Of a DNA stretch of 64,000 nucleotides, positions 23,382 to 35,729 are shown in pieces. The position numbers and the translations under genes are program-made. Positions within the stretch are counted from its first letter, which is position 1; each line of letters opens with the position of its first letter. The notes beneath the pieces are model-generated. The model was given only the letters and a program-made list of their open reading frames with translations, searched no databases and was not told the DNA's origin. The DNA is from Entomortierella parvispora E1425 (Eukaryota > Fungi > Mortierellomycota): assembly GCA_020891255.1 (NCBI GenBank), contig BQFW01000007.1, forward strand, positions 2,790,001 through 2,854,000. The letters run 5' to 3'.

Positions 23382-26300
23382 CTACGTGGCAAACATGGTC
23401 CTGTAGAACTCTGCCACGCTCTCTTGTGGTGCTGGCTGTGATGCATGTTGTTGTTGACTTCCTTGACCCTCATCCTCGTTCACACGATAAAGCGGCTGCT
23501 GTTGATGGTTATGAAGTACCTCCTGTATGTACCTGGCCCTGGCTACACTGGGCTCCGAGAAGTTCTCCATCATCAGTCTACAAGCGCGATCCGCCGAGAT
23601 GGCCGTGTTCCGGACCAAGCTGCCCAAAGAATGACGACTGACCAACATTCCGTCTGCCAGAGGTCCAATCATCAATGGGTTCGCCGCCAATCGCACGGAG
23701 CCCGCTGTCGCCGTCGTGATACCTTGAGGGACCACGATCCGAATCCAGAACAACCCGCCTGCAGAGTCGCCTCCGCCGCCCAAGGGGTGGATCAACAGGA
23801 ACACCATCAGACTCTGATCATTCGACAAGAGCAAAGGCAACAAGTTCAACATCCGCTCCCGATCCTCGACCCAAACCACTGCGACGCGATCCTGCAGCGT
23901 CACCGACCGGAATTGGTCCACCAGTTGATGATCCAACATGCGAGGGATTTCCGCTGACGAATATCCTTCTGATGATGGAGACGGCGCCGGGAAGGTGGAT
24001 CGCATGAGGTAAGGGACATGGAAGATGACTTCGTTCTTTCGATCCGCGAAGTAAGGTGTCGTGTGGCAAAGGGTCGAGTTGAGATGGCCTGTGTATCCAG
24101 AATGTGTCTCGAGTTGAATGGGCCAGCCGAGACAGTCGAGGAATCGAGAAAAGTCTTTGGGGAGTCCTTGTGGAGATCCATGAATGAGTTCATCATAACT
24201 AACATCGCCCGACTGTGCAAAGTAGACGCTGATCCCAATACAGTCACGTCTAGAGAGGTAGATTGAGAAAAGGCAATGAATGCATTAGGGATCAAAAGCC
24301 GGCCGGTATAGACGGCATGGAGACATAGACGGCATAGAGGCGCACAAGAGGCGAAATGATCCAAGAACTAGAACTTACTCTTTGAGATCATCCAGGAACT
24401 GTAGCTCTGCCAAGAGTCGATCTGACAAGTGCAAGGGCACGATTCGTGACCTGTTTTCAAGTGAAAGGTATCCCATCTGTGCCATCAAGATCCTAAACAC
24501 ACTAGACCTAGAGCATCAAAAGGAATCAAGAAACCCGTTAGTAAGCCATCTTGGTGCCTGATTTTTTTCTCCTCTCCAGGACAAAACTTACGTCGGTGTC
24601 TGCATCGCAATTTGCCGTCGCTGCTTCTGCAACTGAGGAGGCATTGGCTCGGGTATACTTTCTCCTTCATCAAATGCCTGCTTTGTTGTGATCAAGTCCT
24701 CGGGCTCCGCGACTTTACTGCCTCCAAAGCTGTCCTCATCACGCCCTGTGTTGGTCTCATCATCATCGTTCTCAGACGCTGGTGGTCGAACGTAGCGTCT
24801 AAGTCCAATTCGAGTTTCGTCCGCAGCTTCAACGAGCAGCACACGATGTTCCGGAACCCCTATAGTACTAACGCCACCAATGCCACTGCCACTGTAACTT
24901 TCGGAATCCTCGCCGTCTTCTTGTAGGTCTGCACTTTCCATGTCCGCTGTAGCCTTGGAAGAAGCCAAAGACCTCCGACTCTGAGAGGCTGAGATGCTAG
25001 CCATCCTGTACTGCTGTTGCTGCAGCTGATGTTGTTGCTCCAAGGAACTGACCCGAACCTTCCACGAATTTCGCCCACTTGCATCTCGCATGGTCACGAC
25101 CACAAACGGACCTCGCTCATCTACATATCCTCCCCCCGATGGAGTTCCGGAAAGAGCCGCTGGGGGTGATTCGCAACAACCCACAATGATCCTTCTATCC
25201 AGCAAGAAATATCGTACCGGTCCCGCAGTGTCACTGTCTGATCTTGACCGATGCGGCAACGGTGGTGGACCATTTCCTCCGAGAGAGTTGTAAAGCTGAC
25301 CATCGCCACCTCCCTCCATGGAAGTTGTTCTCTCCTTCCGAATCGCCTCGAGGTGCAATCGATTAATGCCCAGGTCGTTCCAAAGCGTTGACATTCGACT
25401 AGGTCCAATGTCATCCGTCCAAACCGGAAAGTTGCCCAGTTGATTTGAGAACAACGTCATGGCCTTCTCGGCCGCCTGTTGAATAAGACTCAGATCCTGT
25501 CTCAACGTCGCAAACGGGATTTTGACCTGATGACCTGACATGGATGAACTAGCCGAGCGGTTTTTACGGTTCTCTCTCTCCTTTTTGGATTCCTGTGTCA
25601 AAATCTTGATCGGCCCTGGGTATTTGTTATTCACCTGGAATAGCTTTGCAGCCGAACTAGATGGTTTTCCAAGAGAGAGTGGAGCCCCCACAGCTGAGAT
25701 CATGGCGTTCCCGGCAGCTCCGCCTCCCCATCGACGCTTTTCCTGTTGGGGCTTTGGAGGGACGATAGAGGCTTCGTATTCTTCCACTTTTTCAACAATG
25801 TTGATACCAGCCGAGATTGAGCTCAATACAGCAAGATGGCAATCCTGATCACCCACAATCCATTGCCCTGTCAGGATCCATTCCAGCATACACTCATACG
25901 CCCTTACCACCAAAGAATACGTCGTTGGGAGGAGGCTGTGATTAGCCAGCAGCGTGTCCACATATCGGCAAAGAGCCAGGACCAGTTCTCTTGCGCAACT
26001 CTAAGGAGTCAAGTGAAAGATATGAGACTTACTGCCCTTGTTCCGATCATGATTTGGTCCCAAAGTACTATCGGCCTACCTTGCTATCTCGTCGAACATA
26101 CTCGTACAAGCCAGTGCAGCCGACGAGAACATCGAATGCACAGAGAGCAACATCCACGGGGACCTGAACCGTCACAATCTATAGCAAGAATCTCCATTAG
26201 AAACTGATCGACTTCCAAATGTCCAACGATGAGTTCATTCAACTGCAGCTTGGAGTCTTTACCTTTTCCTGAATTGTCTTGACAACGACGCCCACTAATC

Positions 26301-28848
26301 CAGGACAAAAGGCTACATCCTCATATACGTAAATTTCAATCAGATGGAGCAGATATCGCAGGTTAAAGGACGAAGTCTCTGTCTCCAGACAGTTGAGCAG
26401 CATCTCCAGGATGTAGTATTTGAGCTAAAGGAAAAAGCAAGGCAATCGTTGATGAGTGACATCCTTTCTGTACAGAGATCCCGTTCTTGGTCATCTATCC
26501 ATACCGTTGTAAATCGCTTGGATGCAGGCACAGATCCATCTGTGGGTGTGTCAGCGGTATACAGGACGCGGATCTAATCAAAAATTGGATAAAAATAGGA
26601 TTGGTTTCCAGTCACCCTTTTTTTCTCTCCACAATATAATTTCTTACCAATTGAGCAAGAATCTCTTTGTCTTCACGCGTACTGCTGCCGCCGTTGCCGC
26701 CGCTTCCAGGTCCTCCTTTTGGACTCTCGACGCCCATATTGGCCAACTTGGACAAGCCTTCATTCCAGCCCTCCTTCAGTTCCACTTTCTCAAAATGATT
26801 GGGCAAGCAGATGATACATCCCGCAACCTTGAGGGCCGCCAAATGTAAGTCCTCTAGGATTTGTTTTTGTTTCTCCAGACTCAAGTATGCGCCCATAGTT
26901 GTCGTCACCCGAATCTGTCCACTCATCGCCATCCGAATTCCAATCACAAAGTCGGGGACCATCATCCGAACTCCTTCCAGCTCCGTTGTAAACAGTTCCG
27001 CAGATTGTGCCAAGATGGTCGGCAAACTCGTCTCACTCCTCAAACCGATCGACAATGCCTCATAAAATCGTTCTGTATAAATCCGAAGAAAAGGTCTTGT
27101 GGCCGGCTGAGGCTTACTAAAGATCCTGCACAACACTCCAAAGGCCGAGGCTTGGGCCTCGTGATAGCTGTCCGGTGGATGATGCGGGTTAAAAGTCTGC
27201 CAATGGGATGGCGTCGAGGAAGTGCCACTGCTGTCGTTGGAGGTGTCTGGGATGGGTAAGGACGAGACTTCAAACAACCATGCCCCAAACATGTGCAAGA
27301 TTGTATTGCCATCTGGTGAACTGGGTTTCTTTTCCGGTGCTGGGTTCTTTGATGATGAAGAAGGCGGCGAAGACGAGGCCTGGTTCGAAAGGGAGAGCGA
27401 GGACGACGAGAAAATATCCGTTGGGGTTGAAGGCAGAGGCGGGGATCCAGGTAGGGTCGATGACTGTGCAGATGACGCTCCCACCAACAAAAAAGTCTCT
27501 ACCATCCTTCCAATACCATTCACAGCCGCCAGACAGTTGGGCGGACTGAGCTGGGCAGGACTCTTGAGTAAATAAATCATCCTGTGCCAAGCATAGAGAG
27601 CAAAATCCGCCTGCAGATCCAGCCCAATATTGTAACCGCCCACTGCCAAGTTCACGACATCCGTGCCCTGTCCAGGTCCATAGAGTAATCGAACGACCCT
27701 CTGGCAGAGTCCAAGGACAGTGGCTGCCCATTGGTGAAGGACTGGTATCCGATGAGTCCATCCACTGAAACAGTGCTTGAGAATATCCCACATCTGGACT
27801 TCCCGGGTATTCGATCGAAGCCAAAGCTCAAATAGGACTCTGAGCAAATGTTCACAAAGGTCATCGCTCATCTTTTGCTGTTCCGGCATGAGCATCATGG
27901 TCGATGTGGAGCGCTGATGGGACGGTTGCTCTCGCAGTAAACTGTCCGTGATTCCTAGAATTACTTTGAGAAGCACTTGCCATGTCTGCGTCGAGAATGA
28001 GTTCCCGAGTTGCCGTCCCGCCATCGTAAGCACGGTCAAGACCTTTTTGCAGAGTTCAATATGACGTTGGATCAAGATACCGATGGGGACATGATGAGAC
28101 GCAGTACCGCCTGACGATCCTGTGAGCGTAGTGGTTTGATGGCGAAGATGGTGTGTTGCGAGATGTGGAGAGGAGGGCGTAGGCAAGGTCGTTCTGACTT
28201 GGAAGAGCAGCGAATAGTGGTGAAAGATGGTCTAGAAAGCAAAGGAGTCATGTCAGCATAACGAAAATGGCTCTTCTTTTTTTTAAAAAAAATCTCAATT
28301 GCTCACTTGGCTCAGTGGACAAAGCACGCAAACAACAAAAAACGCATATTCCATATTCTCCGTGATAAAAAAAGTCTGGAGAGGAGGTTTTTTCTTCCGC
28401 TGACCTGGTATAAGAGCTGCTCGTCCTCGGTCCCCACAGCTTGGTGAAAGGCCATGGGTCGCATCTGGGGCTCAAAGAGCCACTGTGAGTACAGCTGCGT
28501 GGTCTCTTGGGCAATCGACAGCTCCTCAAGCGGCAGTGCAAAGCCCTGGCCCAGGACCTCCATGGCCCAGCGCATGTGCGCCATGGACGAGAGCAGAGTC
28601 AGGTCTGAGGACACAAGCAAAGTCGAGGCCACCTCAGTAATTAGGGTCTTGCGGACCTGGAGCGGGAACCTAGCCAGGACATTGGAGACTGCGTATGTAA
28701 TCGGCATTGGTTCGTGAGAAGGTGAGAATGGCAGGCAGGCATTGAAACAAAGAACAAACACGGCAGTAAGGCAGCAAGTAGCATCTCTGTGTCTCTTACC
28801 TGGATCATGCTGGAGCAGGCCCAGCTGGGCAATCCAGTCCAGGAACAT
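23382..28848 (-). CDS. RALGAPB: Ral GTPase-activating protein beta subunit-like protein, multi-exon
   Basis: MRWAMEVLGQGFALP, LCEHLLRVLFELWL, GNTILHMFGAWLFE, AFGVLCRIF and C-terminal GPLADGMLVSRHSLGSLVRNT...EFYRTMF match RALGAPB blocks from recall, in the right order. Confidence 0.82.
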
Positions 28849-29313
28849 GGTCAGGCACGCTTGCCGTCGGGTCGATCGAGCACAGGGTCGCTGCTAGCGT
28901 TCGCTGCGTGTCTATCTCCAGAGATGGGTAGTGCAGGGAAGGAGAAACGAATTGGCGGCAGGCGCTGTACGGTTATGCACAGCGGAGAGAGTCAAGATGC
29001 ACGCGTAGTTGGATGAGAGAGGCGGAGGGAGAAGCAGGGTGGGAAGAGAGAGTGAGAGAGAGAAAGGAAACAGTTATGGTTGATGCAGGTAGAGAGAGGG
29101 AAAAAGGGCCAGCAAGGATCAGGATGAACAGGCAATGAATGGATGGTGGGAAGAGAAAGGTGTCCATGAGACCATGCGTCGACAACGTGTGGGATGAGCC
29201 TGTTTGTGAAGATTATGAGTTTAATTTTACACAGGATAACTAATCAGTTTAGTTTATAGACATTTTTTATTCTGGAAGTGCACTGTCGACTGTTCGCGTT
29301 GCTGTTGAACCAT

Positions 29314-31116
29314 CTATCTCCGCATGCGTGACAGGTCTTTGGGGCCAGGAACGTTGCCGGCGATCGTGTTGTTGACGTTCTGTTCCTCCAATGGGTCCAG
29401 AGTTGGATCGCGGGCGTGATACCCAAGGGACTCAGGATGCTCCAGCAGCAAGCTCTTCATCACCTCTGGATTTGCCGTCTGGTGGAACACGGACCGACCT
29501 GCAAGTCCGGCATCGAGTGCCGATCCAAACACCTTTTGAGCTTCTATGGAGCCTGTCGGCGCAGAAGCAGCAGCAGATCTAGCTGCGTCATGAGCCATGT
29601 GGTGGGCCATGTGGTGTTCGAGTCCCTCCAGGTAAATGTTTTGATCTCCTGCCTCTTCGGCTCCACCGAACGCGACTCGGGCGGCCGCCTCCTTTTCACC
29701 CGAAGAGTGACTAAACAAAGAGTCGCTCGTTGTTCCTGCAGGAGGCCGTTGCTGAATCTTGTCTATGACTACATCCTTGATCAGCCCCGCAACCTCAATA
29801 ACCGATCCTGCCAACCCTGCTTTTTCAGGTGAAATCTCATGAGACCAACGACGTCCACCCTTTCCTCCCTGAATCAGAGTGCCAGATGAACTTATGTGTG
29901 CGGAGGCTCCGGGATGCGAAATAGAGTTGTCCTCCTCATCACCTAGGCGAGTGGTTGATTCGGTAAGATCCGAGGACTCGTAAAGAATAGAGCTCTTAGC
30001 AAGTGCCCTCGTGGCGTCCTCGGATGCAGATCTAATATGTTCTCTGTGAGAAACATCGCCACTGAAAGGTGTCTTCAATCCAGTGGGGATCGCAGTTGGG
30101 AACATGGTTCCCCCGCTCCAGCGCTGCGCTCCTTCAGAACTGCCGCTGCTGCTGCTCTGCATGCTGCTGTTTCCAGATGCTCCAGAGACACCCTTCAAGG
30201 TCGAATGGTGAATATCGGCCATCCTGCCTTTGAATCCAGGCATGAGCTCAGGTAAGACCGAGGGCTTGTCATGCTCGAGTTCATGACCAGAAGACGTCAT
30301 CTCAGAACGGATGGCATCGTTGAAAGGCAGCTGGTTGGAACTCTTGTTGACAAGAGGTTCCCAAGTTGCGCTGGGAAGCGTGGCCGTGGTGCTCAATCCA
30401 ATCATATCGCCACCATCATCCTGAGTCTTTCCACCTTCCTTGAAAGCTCCAGAGGTAACAACAGGGGACTTGTTCGCTCCGCTATGAGGCTTTGATCCGC
30501 CATTGGCATCCGATCTGGCTTCGGAGGCAGGATGGGGGGGATTAGTCGCACCTGACCCAGCCTTGGAGAGAGGATGAGGAGCATCAGTCGATGTACTCTT
30601 TGGCTTTGAGCCCCCTCTTTCACCTGCAGTTGCTTTTTGCTGATCAGGCACTTTGAGCTTTGCATCTGAACCAGAGGAGGGTGTCGATGTAGTTTTAGAA
30701 GATGGGTGACCTGAAGATCCCTTTGCTAGGCTGTTTGCATGGTTGTTGCTGTTATCTCTTTTGTCTGATCCACTAGCGTTGCTTGAGGGTTTGTTGTTTT
30801 TGTTGCTTTCTTCCTTTCCACCAGGGACTTCATTCTTGCTGCGATCTGAAGTAGAAGAGCGGCGAGAAGACGACGAAGGGGCAGAAGGGGGGTTGACAGG
30901 AAGCTTCTTAGGGTCCAGAGGCACCCTCTCTTCCTGGTTCAGGATCTCGTCGACGACATCATCGTGGGCGATGTGGGCTGCTGCGTCGTCGTGAGAATGC
31001 GGGAAGGGCTCTTGATAATGAGCGAGTCGCGTCTGCTCGAGCGAGTCGATGACGGGGTGACCCTTGTCATCGGAGAGATGGGTGGGGTTGTTGAAGTTAT
31101 CCTTGGCGTTGCTCAT
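29314..31116 (-). CDS. Single-exon ~600-aa Ser/Gly-rich, probably disordered hypothetical protein
   Basis: Uninterrupted 617-codon ORF; likely start MSNAKD at 31116; no recognisable domain. Confidence 0.8.
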   Translation of the reverse strand: MSNAKDNFNNPTHLSDDKGHPVIDSLEQTRLAHYQEPFPHSHDDAAAHIAHDDVVDEILNQEERVPLDPKKLPVNPPSAPSSSSRRSSTSDRSKNEVPGGKEESNKNNKPSSNASGSDKRDNSNNHANSLAKGSSGHPSSKTTSTPSSGSDAKLKVPDQQKATAGERGGSKPKSTSTDAPHPLSKAGSGATNPPHPASEARSDANGGSKPHSGANKSPVVTSGAFKEGGKTQDDGGDMIGLSTTATLPSATWEPLVNKSSNQLPFNDAIRSEMTSSGHELEHDKPSVLPELMPGFKGRMADIHHSTLKGVSGASGNSSMQSSSSGSSEGAQRWSGGTMFPTAIPTGLKTPFSGDVSHREHIRSASEDATRALAKSSILYESSDLTESTTRLGDEEDNSISHPGASAHISSSGTLIQGGKGGRRWSHEISPEKAGLAGSVIEVAGLIKDVVIDKIQQRPPAGTTSDSLFSHSSGEKEAAARVAFGGAEEAGDQNIYLEGLEHHMAHHMAHDAARSAAASAPTGSIEAQKVFGSALDAGLAGRSVFHQTANPEVMKSLLLEHPESLGYHARDPTLDPLEEQNVNNTIAGNVPGPKDLSRMRR

Positions 31117-31288
31117 GGTGAGGGAAAAGCAAAGGGTGATTGAGAAAAAGTGAAGAACGAAGAACAAAAAAGAAAAAAAAAGGTCTCACTCGCACTTTCA
31201 TGATGATGATTGAAGGAACGTGACCTGTGATGTCTTTCCCAAATCGGACCCCCAATTCGCGTTCAAAAGAGTCCCCCCTCTGCACCCC

Positions 31289-31340
31289 GAGCCGTGGGTC
31301 ATTTCGCGAAGACAGAGCCGTGGGTCATTTCGCGAAGACA
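31289..31340 (+). repeat. Exact 26-bp tandem duplication GAGCCGTGGGTCATTTCGCGAAGACA x2
   Basis: Read directly from the sequence. Confidence 0.95.
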
Positions 31341-31543
31341 GACCCCGCTCGTTCTTATAGCGCGAGATTGACAACCGAACATGCGTCACTTGAGCCACAC
31401 CACTCAATATTCAACTCGCCACCATTTAACGTATCAGTTCAGTGTCATTGTGCCTGCCCATGCAAGAACGAGGGCAGAAGCAAAGTCGTCCCATTCAAGG
31501 GCGAGCTTGACTTACGCCTTCGTATCGACAACTATCCAGTACT

Positions 31544-31738
31544 ATGTCGTCAGAATAAACCCCCAATCATGAGCTCGTTCCTCAAGAACTGCTAGAGCTG
31601 CGCGAATTGAGACTGCGACGACAAACAGAACGAGAACAACGACGACAACAGCAAGAGGGGGAGGCAAGGGAGGATAAGGACGATAAGGACGAGAACCGGC
31701 GGCTCGAAGAGGCGATCCTCCGAGGGCTGGGCCAATGA
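31544..31738 (+). pseudogene. Family-A small ORF with a premature stop
   Basis: MSSE*TPNHELVPQELLELRELRLRRQTEREQRRQQQEGEAREDKDDKDENRRLEEAILRGLGQ*. Confidence 0.65.
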
Positions 31739-31871
31739 TGCCAGCAGCGAGAGCGACACCGGCCGGTCGATAGAGGCAAAGACAAGAATAGTAGCTGTTT
31801 CCATGACAGCAACACCCCTCGCCATTTAAGGCGAGCCTGCCCTACGCCTTCTTATCAACATCAATAATAGA

Positions 31872-32071
31872 ACGTCTTATCAACAGCCCCTGAAAGACCA
31901 AGCAGCCCCCGCCCCCAAGAGCTGCAGGTGCGCGACATGCAAAAATTGCGAAGACAACAAGAACGAAAACAACGACGACGGCGACGAAGGGAGGCATGGT
32001 AGGAGGAAAGAGAGAACCGACGCCTCGAGGAGGAGATCCTCCGGGAGTTGGGCGGGTGGCCCAAGCAGTAG
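31872..32071 (+). pseudogene. Family-A small ORF with ATG>ACG, a frameshift and an internal stop
   Basis: PQELQVRDMQKLRRQQERKQRRRRRREAW*EERENRRLEEEILRELGGWPKQ*. Confidence 0.62.
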
Positions 32072-33330
32072 CAACAACCACTTCAACAAAATGTTTGCTC
32101 GACCGCCTTCCATACCTTCCTATTGCTGTTCCGTTTCTTGTTGATAGTGCTGTTTGAAGCCTAGGATCCGTTGCAGGCTCCCGCGTCATTGTTTCTTCAC
32201 CTTCTCTTTCTTCTTGTAGATAATAGGCCATGGGGCTCTGTTTCCTTTTCCTCCTTTCTCCCATCACCATATCATCTGTCTCTTGTGATGGTTTCCAAGG
32301 TCGCGTGTGTGGACGCCATCCCGTGTTCATCAATACCCAGGTCAAAGCTACTTCCTCCCTTTCGACATCAACATAAACTGCATCTATTAAGAATATAAAT
32401 GGAGTGGCAAGAGATGAACCAGAGCGGGAAAGGAGAGCTCTGGCATGGTACGAGCATCAAAAGAGAAATGGCATTGGGTCATAGTCCGATTCTCTGGGCA
32501 GAGTGGATCGTTGTTTTTGCAAGATGGGTGGTAGCACAGTGAACGATGGTGCTCAGATCGCTGCCACCTTTTTTTTTTTTTTTTTTTTTTTGAATTCGCC
32601 CTACTAGAACCAACAATGTCAGTAGAGGAACTCCTTACCAAAGAGTCCAGGGAGTTGGCGTGGATGTTCAAGTGGATTGTCTCGATTGGGGGAAAACACG
32701 GTCAAGCGATTCTAGAAAACGCAATCGGCTAATCAAGCGTAGTCAAGGCCTAACTAGAATTGCGTAGAGGATGGGTTGGCTGCCTCGACTAGAGCCCCGA
32801 GGGAGCCTCTTGATTCTGGCAGTGGCAAGTGACCCTGTCTCTATTGGCATAGACATAGCTCTTGATGCTCCCACTGCAACAACACTGAAGACAAAGAGAG
32901 AAGCGAAGGCGTCGGTAGCAGCAAGAACGATACCGGGAGAGACGACGCTGAGTAGTGGCAAAGACAAGACCACGCCGTTCAACGCGAGCATTCCATCCGG
33001 CGGAGCACATCCATCGCCTCGGATCATTTCCGTACTCTACTTAAAGCCCGGTTTATTAATATAACTTGTCTGCCCTCTGTCTCCCCCCTCTGCCCGCCTG
33101 CCCTCTCTGTCCTTCTGCCTTCTCTTTGCTCCTCTGTTCCTCTGTTTTCTCTCTCTGCTGTAGATTTCTGATAACATTGTCCGAATCTTCGCATCCGAGC
33201 CAAGAAGAAACTGAGGTAGTCCACAGAATAGGGGCCAGGGGGCGACAGTTGGCCATGATAGACCCAATGAAATTGAAGCGTCGTTGGATGTAGAGTCGAT
33301 GCTGATGAAGGAAAGGAGCCAAGTAGTCGT

Positions 33331-35240
33331 TTACTGGATAAGATTCAAGGAGTTAAGTTCACGGAGCTTGACCTTGAGGCATTGTTGAACTCGTTTGTCC
33401 ACCTTGTCCTCAGGCTGATCCACGCGCCACCAACTTTCACTGCTCACTCAACCATAATCCGCCGGGTAGAGCTTTTCTTTGAGAGGGATGTTCCAGGGCA
33501 GACTGGGCACTCTGATCGCGTGTGGCTGCTGTTGAGTTCGATTTTCTGCACAACCGGCGTGTTTTTGAGGTCCCATGGATAGACAGAGATGTGGATCTAG
33601 GGTCAGATCGGAGTGCACCTCCAAGAGCGGCCGTTGTCCAGAGTTGTCTCCAATCCCTTTTTATGAACAACCAAGGTCATTTCATGGGTGTTAGCAAAAT
33701 TCGCCCTGTTCGACCTGGCAGTTGATAAGGAACTGAAGCAGAACAGGACCTCTCGGACCAACACACAGGTCGATGTATGTGGGCTCACTCACTCACTCGC
33801 TGGCCATTTGCCCGGTCGCATGGATGCAAAGGTCAGACCTGTTCCAGGTGCCATGTCTGGTCTGAGCAATGACCATTGTCCTGTTCGGCCGAATGAAAAG
33901 TTGTTCATGTTCTGGTGAATGGATGATTGGTCAAATCATGCTCAGACCATGCGACCCTGCGATTTCCCCCAACGCACGCACGCGCCACACACTCGCGCAC
34001 GCGCACGCAGCATTGCCCCAAGCCACCAGCTCCATGCTTTTTTTTGACTTTTTGACTGTTTTTGCACCTCGATTGAAATCATTTTACCAAATTCCACCCT
34101 GGTACCGCAAATGTCTTTTGGCCGCAGAATACGCCTATAAATACATAAGAGGAGACATAGAAAGGTAACAGATGGTGAAAAAGGACTCGGTGGGGGAGGC
34201 TGTATCAGCCAGGCCTGAGTGATCAGCGGGCGCAACATCGATGTCTACCGGGACGCTGGTAGTCTGCCTTTCTTTTGTTTTGCACGGCAAGGGTCCCTTT
34301 TTCGTGTTTGTGGCCCCTGCGGAGTGGAGTGGAGTGGAGTGGAGGCCGGGAGGGACCAGGCTCAAGGACCATCCATCGTTGGCATCCCTCCTGTCTCTTG
34401 TCTGCACTTGCATGACGTTCCTCATTGTTCATTGTCCTTCTCATGCATTCTTGCTCTTCTCATCCTTGTCCCTCTCATGCGTCCTTGTCCCTCTCATGCG
34501 TCCTTGTCCCTCACATGCATCCCTGTCCCTCTCATGCATTCCATTCTTGCACAACTTGAGTCTCCGTCAACTGTTGCCTTATCTGCACGCCACCAATCCG
34601 GCCCGCCCTGCCAAGAGCGACTCCCAAAACACGGACCTGCGACTTTCGCGCATTTTTGTGCCTCGATCGTCTTGATGCAAGTCCCCAAATCTACGTCTTG
34701 GCTCTTTTTTCAAAGAAGAGGACGAGAAGATGAAGGCCCGGATCATCGCCTGGCACCCGACAACAGCATGACTTCCTTCAGAACGGACTTCCAAGTGACT
34801 GGTCTGTGCCCATGTACATCGGGTCCTCGAGCGAAACTTGAGAGCCTGAAAACCAACACGGGTCATCGGGCGCGCTTCGTTATCAAAAGTCGGGCGCAGG
34901 ACTCTTCAAGGACCAGGTATGTGGCCTTTGCTCAGACAACAGCAGTACCTTTTGTCCCTCCGACGCGTTTACAAACTCAGTCTTTCTTGTCTTCAAGGAC
35001 AACGTCCTCACTTTCGGGAAAGTCTAGAGTGACCCAATCAAGAGGTGCAATCGATCTTTGCAGTGGTGGTACAACCGCATCAAGAACTCGGCAGTTTTCA
35101 TCTCTCCAACAGCCGGAGATGCTTCTTACCACATCATCTTTTCCCTTGCCATGCTTTCCAACCTCAAGACCGCCCCACTCGGTGATACTAGGCACCTGAC
35201 ATACATCATATCCCCATCAGATCAGTGCTTGATACCACAC
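33331..35240 (-). pseudogene. Decayed gene B paralogue
   Basis: Ends in LPWNIPLKEKLYPADYG*VSSESWWRVDQPEDKVDKRVQQCLKVKLRELNSLNLIQ*. Contains VTLDFPESEDVVLEDKKD, matching VTLGFPESENGVLEDKKD at ~885-940. Confidence 0.5.
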
Positions 35241-35477
35241 CACCTGATATACAATCTGCGTCCATCAGTGCCAACGGCTTGATATACATCCTGGCCCCAT
35301 CAGTTTCCTGACTTACTACACTGCCTGATATAAATACTCCCGTCTTTTTCTTTCTTTTTTGCTCTCTATTCCACCGCAGCCATAGCATCCACTACCATTA
35401 CAAGAATGAGCGTCGTCGTCGCCCTTCAAGGGAGAGCTTTACTGGCTTCATTCGATTCTTAGCCTCCTCATTTCAGC

Positions 35478-35672
35478 ATGCCAGATGAATATCCGTCGTT
35501 CAGCATGCCTGAAGATCCACCGTCGACCATGCCCAAGGACACAACGCAACCAGAAATTCCATCCATGAACTATACGCTCGAAGAAAGGAAGAGGAAAAAG
35601 AAAGAGCAGGAGGAGCTCAACAGCCGATTCGGGACCGAGATCTTCGAGGGTCAAGGTCAGAGACACCAGTAA
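35478..35672 (+). CDS. Intact 64-aa divergent family-A small protein
   Basis: MPDEYPSFSMPEDPPST...EERKRKKKEQEELNSRFGTEIFEGQGQRHQ; preceded by the family motif at 35396-35439. Confidence 0.45.
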   Translation: MPDEYPSFSMPEDPPSTMPKDTTQPEIPSMNYTLEERKRKKKEQEELNSRFGTEIFEGQGQRHQ

Positions 35673-35729
35673 AAGCATAGGAGCAGGGACTCCAATAGAT
35701 TCTTGTTGGCTCGGCCGTCATCCGTCTCC

